Below are positions 57,414 to 64,000 of a DNA stretch of 64,000 bases, piece by piece. The position numbers and the translations under genes were made by a program. The notes under the pieces are model-generated. The model was not told the DNA's origin and ran no database searches. It saw only the letters and a list, made by a program, of their open reading frames with translations. Position 1 is the stretch's first letter. Each line of letters opens with the position of its first letter. This DNA is from Minisyncoccota bacterium (GTDB lineage Bacteria; Patescibacteriota; Minisyncoccia; UBA6257; JAGOQP01): NCBI GenBank assembly GCA_041661795.1, contig JBAZTS010000003.1:3939-67938 (forward strand), in the 5' to 3' direction.

Positions 57414-59003
57414 ATGGTAAGCGTTTTTAAAAAAATATTGATAGTGGTAGTGCTTTTTTCTTTTGTTTTAAATGCCTCTGGGGTTGCTTCGTTTTTTACG
57501 GTCAAAAAAGCGCAAGCGGCTTGGCCTGTCAGCGAACTGCTCTCTCTGCCGACTTTTATTCAGATAATGAAAGACCTTGCGCAATGGATTAAAACTGAAT
57601 TGCTAAAAGCCCTAAGAGACGCCGTTGTTAAATCTATTATAGCCAAAATACAAAATGATATAATCCAACAAGTAACTGGTGGTAATGGAGGGGATAGCAG
57701 TTTTGTCTCTGATTGGGGCTCTTACCTAAAGGATGATATTATTAATTCTACTTTTAGTGAGTTTAACGATATTTTAGCCAATGATACTGGAATTGATTTG
57801 TGCGTTCCTTTTGCTCAGCAGTTCTTGTCGTTGCGGTTAAATGCTTTAACTGCCAGTTATGGAGTTGGTCAGGACTATCTTGGTCTTCCGGTTAGATGTA
57901 CTTTTGACCAATTTAAATACAATTTGGAATATACTTATGATTTTATAACAAAAGGAGGATGGGCTTCTTATGACGCCCTCTTCTCTCCAGATATTAATCC
58001 CTATTGGATATCTTGGCAGGTTGAAGATAAATTCGCTCAACGTGTTGCTGAACAAAAAGATGCAAAAAAATCTGAGGCCGAAAGCTCGGGAGGATTTTTA
58101 GGAACAAAAGAGTGTAAGATGTATGGTCCTAAAACAGAACAACAAATAAGAGATGAGTGTACCGATGACGTTATAAATGGAACCGCACAAGGAGAAGCCG
58201 GAGAAGCTTTTAAAAGTTGTTTGGGGTATCTTACTCAACAAAACTGTAAAGAGTGGGGGATTCTTACTCCGGGACAAGCAGTTTCGGAAGCTGTAACAAA
58301 AGCGATTGGTTCTGATTTTGAATATGCAGAAAACGTTCAAAGTGCCATATCGGCTATAATAAATGTTTTAGTGTCAAAAGCTCTAAGTGAAGGACTTCAA
58401 AGTGCTTCAGGAGGAACAACCGTTAATAGAGAACCCGGAGATTTAGATGGTACAGGATTTGAGGATTATGAAGGCGAAACATACAGGCAAGACCTGGAAG
58501 ATGCTAACAGGGATTATGATGACATAATTTATTATATTACTAACGACCTAGGGCCGATTGTTTCTACGGTTTTAGCTTTTGCGCACGACATGGCCGGAGA
58601 CGGAACGGATTTGGAAAGTTGTCCGAATAGTAGAATAAGTGTTGATGATGGAAGCGGAACAAAAAAAATATATACCGCGGCAGAAATTATTGATTTGCTA
58701 AATGGATTTGATTTGAATAATTCCAGCTCAGCTACTTCGCGAGCCCTGACTCAAGCCAGAGCCAATCAAATTGAAGTTTCGAATTTATTAGACCAAGACA
58801 ATCCGAGTAGTAATGACGTTAATAAGGTGGTTAATAAGTTGTCTAATTTTGTCAGGACATATCAGCCATTTTACATTGACGTTCAGCTGGTTAATAGTGG
58901 TGGTGACGGAGAATTAGTAACTCTGGTTTGGAATATTTACAACGCTCTAAGGGCGTTTAACAACGAAGACGGTAATGATAAGAATAATTTTGTCTGTAGA
59001 TAA
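57414..59003 (+). CDS. Hypothetical secreted/membrane-anchored protein (Cys-containing, acidic)
   Basis: N-terminal signal/anchor (ILIVVVLFSFVLNASGVASF) and 529 aa with several Cys pairs. Co-directional with the VirB6-like gene, with a 3-bp gap. Confidence 0.45.
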   Translation: MVSVFKKILIVVVLFSFVLNASGVASFFTVKKAQAAWPVSELLSLPTFIQIMKDLAQWIKTELLKALRDAVVKSIIAKIQNDIIQQVTGGNGGDSSFVSDWGSYLKDDIINSTFSEFNDILANDTGIDLCVPFAQQFLSLRLNALTASYGVGQDYLGLPVRCTFDQFKYNLEYTYDFITKGGWASYDALFSPDINPYWISWQVEDKFAQRVAEQKDAKKSEAESSGGFLGTKECKMYGPKTEQQIRDECTDDVINGTAQGEAGEAFKSCLGYLTQQNCKEWGILTPGQAVSEAVTKAIGSDFEYAENVQSAISAIINVLVSKALSEGLQSASGGTTVNREPGDLDGTGFEDYEGETYRQDLEDANRDYDDIIYYITNDLGPIVSTVLAFAHDMAGDGTDLESCPNSRISVDDGSGTKKIYTAAEIIDLLNGFDLNNSSSATSRALTQARANQIEVSNLLDQDNPSSNDVNKVVNKLSNFVRTYQPFYIDVQLVNSGGDGELVTLVWNIYNALRAFNNEDGNDKNNFVCR

Positions 59004-59006
59004 AAA

Positions 59007-61355
59007 ATGAATTATTTTAGAGGAAATAAAAAGACTTTAATAAAATCATTATTGATGTTGGTTTTAGTTGTAACTCTGTTTGGGTTTTTTAATCAAGAAG
59101 CTCAAGCGGGTATTTTAAGTAGTTTTATAGATTTTTCGGGGTCTGTTTTGATAAAAATTATATTGTTTGTTTTTGGTTTAATTCAATGGTTGGTAGGAGT
59201 TGTATTCATTAAATTTGGGGCCATGCTTGTCAACTTTGCAATGTACATTAATAAAGGATTGTTAACAGATTTAAACGATACTCACTTTGTCATAATTGGA
59301 TGGAAAGTTTTTAGAGATTTGGCAAATTTAGGGTTTACTTTGGGAATAATAATAATTGCCGTTTCCATTATTCTTAGATTTAAAAGTTATGGCTCTCAAA
59401 AAGTTCTTACAAATCTTATAGTGGCGGCTCTTTTAATAAATTTTAGCTTAGTTATTGCCGGTTCAATAATAAAAACATCAGATGTTTTTTCGAACTTCTT
59501 CTTAAAATATATTGATGCTTCTGGAACTAGTAACTGGTCAGCTAGAATTACCGGTATGTTTAGAATGCAGGGAGTTGTTATTTCTAAAGATCCGTCAGCG
59601 CGACCAGTTTGCGATGCTGAAAATGATGAAAAAATTAAAGAAGCTTGTGAGCAACAAAAGAAAGATGGGACAATAACAGATGTTGATGCCTGTATTAAAA
59701 ATGTTACGGATAGTATGTGTAAATTTGACTCTGTTATACCAGATAATACGGATTTAGCAAACATCAAAGAAGATAGCGCGCTTTCGGCTAGTTTTTATAC
59801 TTTGGCCGGTCTTTTAATATCTATAGTGGTAGGTGTTTTTATCGGATTAACGCTTTTGGCGTTAGCTTTTATGCTTCTTTTAAGATATTTTAATCTCGCT
59901 TTTCTTTTAATGGTATCGCCTCTTGTTTGGGTTCTTTGGGTATTTCCTTATACCAAACAATATTGGAAAAAATGGTGGGATAGTTTTATAAAATGGGTTT
60001 TATTTGCTCCGATAACGCTGTTCTTTGTATATTTAACATTAATTTTCCTTTCTAAAAGTAGCGGTGGTTTTGGAGGGCAGGCGAATGAAGTGGCTACTGG
60101 TTCTGGAACAAGTATAGCCGGTATTGGTTTTGCAGATATGATGATTCCCTTTATGGCTGGGGCATTGCTTTTAGCTGGATTAAAAATCTCTCAAACGATG
60201 GGATTTGCTGGAGCCGGATTTGTTTTGAAGCAGTCCTCAAAATTGCAAAATTGGGCAAAAACAAAAGCTCGAAGAGGAGCGGCAAGAGCTGGAAGAAGGG
60301 CTTTAGGAGAGAGGACCAGAAATGTAGCAAATAAAATTGGTTCTAGTAAATGGGCTAATAGATTGACTTTAGGAGGAGCAAGTAAGCTCGCTGAAGTAAC
60401 AACCAAAGGCAGGGCTACCTTAGAAAAAAAATCTCAAGAATTTATTGATGAAAAAGTTAAACATTATGAGACCATAAAAGATTCCAAACAATTAGCCGCT
60501 CTTCTCCCAACAATGAACAAAGAAGAAAGAATGGCGGCGTTAGAGGTTTTGTCTAAAAGAGGAGACATGAAAGAAACTCAAGGATTACTTGGAATGGATC
60601 AAGTAATAGAATCGGTTGAAACCGCTAATACAATTGGTCGTGGTAAGTCGGCGTCTGATACTCAGAAATCTTTTGGAATGAGTCTTAATATGATGAAAGC
60701 TATGAAAAGTAGCGATGGAAAGCACGAGGGAAAAACATATGAGGAACACGCTAAGGAATTTTACGGAAATTTTTCATCTGATGATTGGAAAAAATCGGGG
60801 GCTGCAATAGGAAATCATATTTTTAAACCAGTGGACCCAACGACTAAAGAGGTGGTAGATATGCCAGGAATGACAAAAGAACAATCAAATAAGTTTAGGG
60901 AGCAGTATGTGGCTGGTTTGACCGGAGGTTTTGGAGAAGGGATATCTGCTATCGCCCCCAAACTCAAAGGAGAAAGCACGAAAAAAATGCTTGAGGATGT
61001 TGTAGCATCTGTTGCTGGAGATGCGGAAGTAGTAAGTATCAAAGATGCTATAGAAAAAGCGAGTAAAGATATGGATGGTGATAAAGTTATTGAACTTGTG
61101 CGTCAAAGGGATGAGGAGGGAGTGAAGGAAATAAAAATAACTGCCAGTCGTGATGATATATTAAGAGCTATAAGAGAAGGTGATTTGGATAAAGCTGTTA
61201 ATCTTATGAAAAATTCTAAAAATCCCAAACTAATAACTATCGCCTCTAAGATTAACAAGAGTATGGGAGCTGCTATACTGTCTGCTAGTGGAGAAGAAGG
61301 CAAATCAGAAGAGAAGAAACCAGAGGAGAAGAAACCAGAGGAACCTAAGAAATAA
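59007..61355 (+). CDS. VirB6/TrbL-like polytopic T4SS membrane protein with Lys/Glu-rich C-terminal extension
   Basis: Signal/TM, about 8 TM helices with a Cys-containing extracytoplasmic loop, then an about 380-aa hydrophilic tail. Synteny VirB6-like, then VirB3-like, then VirB4 as in Gram-positive conjugation loci. Confidence 0.45.
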   Translation: MNYFRGNKKTLIKSLLMLVLVVTLFGFFNQEAQAGILSSFIDFSGSVLIKIILFVFGLIQWLVGVVFIKFGAMLVNFAMYINKGLLTDLNDTHFVIIGWKVFRDLANLGFTLGIIIIAVSIILRFKSYGSQKVLTNLIVAALLINFSLVIAGSIIKTSDVFSNFFLKYIDASGTSNWSARITGMFRMQGVVISKDPSARPVCDAENDEKIKEACEQQKKDGTITDVDACIKNVTDSMCKFDSVIPDNTDLANIKEDSALSASFYTLAGLLISIVVGVFIGLTLLALAFMLLLRYFNLAFLLMVSPLVWVLWVFPYTKQYWKKWWDSFIKWVLFAPITLFFVYLTLIFLSKSSGGFGGQANEVATGSGTSIAGIGFADMMIPFMAGALLLAGLKISQTMGFAGAGFVLKQSSKLQNWAKTKARRGAARAGRRALGERTRNVANKIGSSKWANRLTLGGASKLAEVTTKGRATLEKKSQEFIDEKVKHYETIKDSKQLAALLPTMNKEERMAALEVLSKRGDMKETQGLLGMDQVIESVETANTIGRGKSASDTQKSFGMSLNMMKAMKSSDGKHEGKTYEEHAKEFYGNFSSDDWKKSGAAIGNHIFKPVDPTTKEVVDMPGMTKEQSNKFREQYVAGLTGGFGEGISAIAPKLKGESTKKMLEDVVASVAGDAEVVSIKDAIEKASKDMDGDKVIELVRQRDEEGVKEIKITASRDDILRAIREGDLDKAVNLMKNSKNPKLITIASKINKSMGAAILSASGEEGKSEEKKPEEKKPEEPKK

Positions 61356-61356
61356 T

Positions 61357-62379
61357 ATGTTGAAGGTTGATAATAAAACGATAAATAAAAGGTGGGATGA
61401 AGCTCCGGACGTTTTAAGAGAGGCGGTATTTTCTCCTGTTTGCAATGATGCCTTAGAAAATGTTTGTGAAGAGTTTCATTTAGTTGAAGAAAAAAGAGTT
61501 ATTTTAAGACGATTAGGATTTTTTGTTTTTTTTGGCTTTATTCATCTTCAGGACTTGTATAAAGAAATAAAAGATAGCTTAGGAATAGATGGACGGCTAG
61601 CTCTGGAAATTTATCAAGAGTTAGATAAAAAAGTATTTTCTCCCTTCCACAAAGAAATAGAGGATAATTATTTGAAATTTAAAATAGGAGTAGTAAGACC
61701 GGAAGATATTGACGAGGCCCCTAAAGCTCAAATTCAAAGAGTAGTTCTTAAAGAACAGGAGCCGAGCGTGGTAGATTTGAAACCGGTGGAAATAATAAAG
61801 GACAGAGGAGAGAGAACAGAGAATAGTGAAGAGAGGGTAGGGACGCAAGAGACGGAACCACCAAGCCCATTAGAGGAGAAAGAGAAGCCCCCTGTTGTTA
61901 TAAAGCCGACCCAGGAAATTAATGAACAGGGTAAAGAGGAAAGGGAAAAAGGTAAAGTAGAAGAAAGAATTATTGTCAAAAAACCAATTGAGTCCATTCC
62001 ACTGACCCCTAAACCTTTACCCCTCACCCTTAGTGATGTTGCTGACTTGGGGCCGGTGATTATTCATAAAAGAGAGGAACCTTCATCTGTTTCTCAAACA
62101 AAAGCTACCAGCGGGTTTAAAATAAATACGTTTGGAGGATTTTTCGGTTCTTTTAAATCGTCCATACCAAGACAACAAGACGCGGTTTCCAAAGCCCAAG
62201 TTCAGACGCCGAGCAATTTTAAAAAAGAAGAAATGAGCGAAGCCGGAAAAGTGCCGGTGGTGGTAAAAAAATACGAAGAACAACCAAAAACAATACACTA
62301 TAGTGGATTTAAAACCGATCTTGGAAAGAAATCAGAAGAAAAAGATAATAGCGAAAAGATAGATTTAAATAAATTATAA
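61357..62379 (+). CDS. Hypothetical protein (Glu/Lys/Pro-rich C-terminus)
   Basis: Start moved to the MLKVDNKT Met immediately after the upstream stop. No recognisable domain. Confidence 0.4.
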   Translation: MLKVDNKTINKRWDEAPDVLREAVFSPVCNDALENVCEEFHLVEEKRVILRRLGFFVFFGFIHLQDLYKEIKDSLGIDGRLALEIYQELDKKVFSPFHKEIEDNYLKFKIGVVRPEDIDEAPKAQIQRVVLKEQEPSVVDLKPVEIIKDRGERTENSEERVGTQETEPPSPLEEKEKPPVVIKPTQEINEQGKEEREKGKVEERIIVKKPIESIPLTPKPLPLTLSDVADLGPVIIHKREEPSSVSQTKATSGFKINTFGGFFGSFKSSIPRQQDAVSKAQVQTPSNFKKEEMSEAGKVPVVVKKYEEQPKTIHYSGFKTDLGKKSEEKDNSEKIDLNKL

Positions 62380-62389
62380 CTATTTATTT

Positions 62390-62497
62390 AAGCACGAAGC
62401 ACTAAATCCGAAATTCGAAACAATATTTAAATTCTAATGTTAAAAATTTTTAAACTCAAACACCGTTTCGGATTTTGATATTAGAATTTCGAATTTT
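62390..62497. repeat. Intergenic repeat block: AAGCACGAAGCAC + AAATCCGAAATTCGAAA, then inverted TTTCGGATTTTGATATTAGAATTTCGAATTT
   Basis: Member of a family also found at 55863-55882, 63068-63106 and (inverted) 63501-63532. Confidence 0.7.
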
Positions 62498-62504
62498 ACT
62501 AATT

Positions 62505-63056
62505 ATGGCTCAATTTGAAGTACCACAATTTATAGATATGGAGCCAAAAATTGTTGGCCCGTTAACGTTAAAACAGTTTGCTTTTATAGCGGCTCCTTTT
62601 TTGATTTCATTCTTTCTATTTTTTGTATTAAACAGATTTGTCTGGTTTATTATGGCTTTTATTTTGGCGGTTTTTGCCATTTTATTTGCCTTTGTAAAAG
62701 TTAGCGGACGGCCTTTTTGGAAAATCTCTCTTTACGCTTTAACGTTTTTCTGGCAACCAAAACTTCTTTTATGGAAGCGGGCTGTTATACAAGAAAGAAT
62801 AGAAATTCCTGCTCCGGTTGCCGTCAAAGCTGTGGCCGAAAAAAGAAGCGCCCTAAAATCAGTTTCATTGGGAGTATCAGGAAAGATTGCGGGAGTGTCA
62901 AAGCTTTGGCAGGATTTAACCACAACCAAAAATCCGATTCCAAAAAGAGAAAAATCTGTTCCTAAAAAAACAATCTCGGATATAAAAGAACAATACATGG
63001 TTTTTAAGAAGATGAGTGGCGAGAGAGAAGTAGCTAAACGAATAGATTACAGGTAG
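62505..63056 (+). CDS. PrgI/VirB3-like small T4SS membrane protein
   Basis: N-terminus FEVPQFIDMEPKIVGPLTLKQFAFIAAPFLISFFLFFVL, then a second TM: VirB3/PrgI-like topology. Start moved to the MAQFEV Met. Confidence 0.45.
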   Translation: MAQFEVPQFIDMEPKIVGPLTLKQFAFIAAPFLISFFLFFVLNRFVWFIMAFILAVFAILFAFVKVSGRPFWKISLYALTFFWQPKLLLWKRAVIQERIEIPAPVAVKAVAEKRSALKSVSLGVSGKIAGVSKLWQDLTTTKNPIPKREKSVPKKTISDIKEQYMVFKKMSGEREVAKRIDYR

Positions 63057-63067
63057 TCTATTCGTTT

Positions 63068-63106
63068 AAATTCGAAGCACGAAGCACGAAATCTGAAACA
63101 AATCAC
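63068..63106. repeat. Repeat AAATTCGAAGCACGAAGCACGAAATCTGAAACAAATCAC
   Basis: Shares a 20-mer with the ksgA copy at 55863-55882. Confidence 0.7.
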
Positions 63107-63107
63107 A

Positions 63108-63473
63108 ATGACAAAAATCCAAAATAATAAGCAATATGATTTAGAAGAGAGAACCTATGAGTTTGCCAAGAACGTTAGGGTATTTATTAAGAAAATCAGA
63201 AGAACAATATCAAACATTGAAGATGGAAAACAAGTCATAAGATCGTCAGGTTCTATGGGAGCTAATTATATAGAAGCCAACGAAGCATTAAGTAAGAAAG
63301 ATTTTATTATGAGAATTAAAATTTCCAGGAAAGAATCTAAAGAAAGTGTTTATTGGCTGACCTTGATAGATGTTGAGGGTGATAAAGATTTAGAAAAAGA
63401 AAGAGAAATTTTAGTAAATGAGGCACAAGAATTGATGTTAATTTTTAGTTCTATTATGAGGAAATCAGTTTAG
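63108..63473 (+). CDS. Four-helix-bundle protein (family often encoded in rRNA intervening sequences / accessory loci)
   Basis: YDLEERTYEFAKNVRVFIKK...GANYIEANEALSKKDFIMRIKISRKESKESVYWLTLI pattern. Confidence 0.55.
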   Translation: MTKIQNNKQYDLEERTYEFAKNVRVFIKKIRRTISNIEDGKQVIRSSGSMGANYIEANEALSKKDFIMRIKISRKESKESVYWLTLIDVEGDKDLEKEREILVNEAQELMLIFSSIMRKSV

Positions 63474-63500
63474 TTATTTTTTATTTATAATTTAGATATT

Positions 63501-63532
63501 ATTTCGAATTTCGATATTCGAATTTCGTGCTT
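63501..63532. repeat. Inverted copy of the TTCGAAA / AAGCACGAA repeat family (ATTTCGAATTTCGATATTCGAATTTCGTGCTT)
   Basis: Immediately upstream of a TATAAT (63542-63547) and the VirB4 start. Confidence 0.65.
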
Positions 63533-63553
63533 AGATTATGGTATAATCTATTT

Positions 63554-64000
63554 ATGAGTGATAAGGTTGTTGAAAAAATTATTTCTCCTCCAAATTCTAC
63601 TCAGAGATTTGTTGATGTAGAGGAGATAAAAAATGGAGTGGTTGTTTTAAAAGGAGGCGCTTTACGAGCCGTAATTATGGTTTCAGGGGTAAATTTTGAA
63701 CTTAAATCCGAAGATGAACAAGATATTATCACATCAACCTACCAAGATTTTTTAAATTCTCTGGATTTTTCTCTCCAAATAGTCATCCATTCAAGAAAGC
63801 TTAATATAGAAAATTACCTCAAAAAGATGGAGGAGATAAGAAATAAAGAATCAAGCGAACTTTTAAGAAATCAGATAGACGAATATGTGTCTTTTATAAG
63901 AAGTTTTGTTAAAGAGAACGAGATTATGACTAAAAACTTTTTTGTCGTAGTTCCTTATGAGGCGGCCGGAGCTGGGGAAATAAAAAAGGGATTCTTTGGA
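63554..64000 (+). CDS. VirB4/TrbE/CagE-like T4SS ATPase, N-terminal domain (3'-partial, runs off the window)
   Basis: Reading by eye, MSDKVVEKIISPPNSTQRFVDVEEIKNGVVVLKGGALRAVIMVSGVNFELKSEDEQDIITSTYQDFLNSLDFSLQIVIHSRKLNIENYLKKM resembles conjugative VirB4/PrgJ-type N-terminal domains (not checked against any alignment). No stop before the window end. Confidence 0.5.
   Translation, partial: MSDKVVEKIISPPNSTQRFVDVEEIKNGVVVLKGGALRAVIMVSGVNFELKSEDEQDIITSTYQDFLNSLDFSLQIVIHSRKLNIENYLKKMEEIRNKESSELLRNQIDEYVSFIRSFVKENEIMTKNFFVVVPYEAAGAGEIKKGFFG

Noticed and set aside
61288-61356. ORF 61288 start overlapping the end of the VirB6-like gene, and ORF 62475 start (MILEFRILLIMAQ...).
   Set aside because: Upstream extensions lack RBS support and overlap the neighbouring gene or the repeat block. 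Internal Mets at 61357 and 62505 give compact, non-overlapping genes.
241-63056. Numerous 60-160-aa antisense or overlapping ORFs in the six-frame track (e.g. 241-435, 4789-5181, 14389-14862, 19436-19819, 22782-23156, 23078-23362, 33378-33677, 61734-62027, 62717-62998).
   Set aside because: Each lies wholly inside a well-supported gene on the opposite strand or in another frame. They have low-complexity or composition-driven sequence and no start signals, so they are treated as non-coding shadows.

Overview
This 64-kb window comes from an AT-rich (about 33-35% GC), densely coded genome that reads with the standard genetic code. Gene content and organisation fit a reduced-genome Candidate Phyla Radiation (Patescibacteria-like) bacterium: small paralogous T4SS-type pilins, a PrgI/VirB3-like protein, a four-helix-bundle protein, a minimal rpmH-rnpA-yidC-jag/dnaA-dnaN origin cluster, and few biosynthetic genes.

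Housekeeping genes make up most of the window. I call the following:
- DNA metabolism: ftsK (5'-partial), recA, recO, xerC/D, gyrA, dnaN, dnaA, polA, ruvC, a UvrD/PcrA helicase, comM/yifB.
- Translation: metG, glyQS, rpsO, rpsA-like, rpmH, rnpA, ksgA, and three tRNAs: Leu(UAG), Val(UAC), and an unusual Ile with anticodon UAU.
- Other: pnp, ftsH, yidC, jag, folD, glyA, PBP1A, tatD, and an M16 peptidase.

Four accessory or unusual things stand out:
- A roughly 1.7-kb segment at about 55% GC sits beside tRNA-Leu. It encodes an SPFH/flotillin-like membrane protein and a small membrane partner, with its own promoter, a structured leader and a GC-stem terminator. It looks like a recent horizontal acquisition from a high-GC donor. 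Next to it lie xerC and a wHTH/Cas2-like gene bracketed by two 38-bp GC-cored hairpin direct repeats.
- A type IV secretion-like apparatus is split across the window. Five tandem paralogous TrbC/VirB2-type pilin genes sit at 24.1-26.2 kb. At 56.5-64.0 kb lie a VirB6/TrbL-like polytopic protein, a PrgI/VirB3-like protein, a four-helix-bundle protein and the 5' end of a VirB4-like ATPase, together with secreted and membrane hypotheticals.
- A 700-bp non-coding hub (35.1-35.8 kb) holds tRNA-Val inside inverted repeats derived from tRNA 5' halves, and other pseudo-tRNA fragments. It also holds a 28-bp GGATCC-centred palindrome whose 20-mer core recurs in-frame inside the rpsA-like gene, and two copies of the perfect 16-bp palindrome TGTTTCACGTGAAACA. 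A cluster of DnaA-box-like TTTCCAC/GTGGCAA repeats, including a consensus TTATCCACA, extends into a YraN-family gene.
- A short repeat family, AAATTCGAAGCACGAAGCAC plus TCCGAAA/TTCGAAA motifs, brackets the T4SS genes. It also appears in-frame inside ksgA.

Candidate oriC segments flank dnaA. A UbiA prenyltransferase fused to a large N-terminal membrane domain, overlapping a polyprenyl synthase gene, is another notable item.
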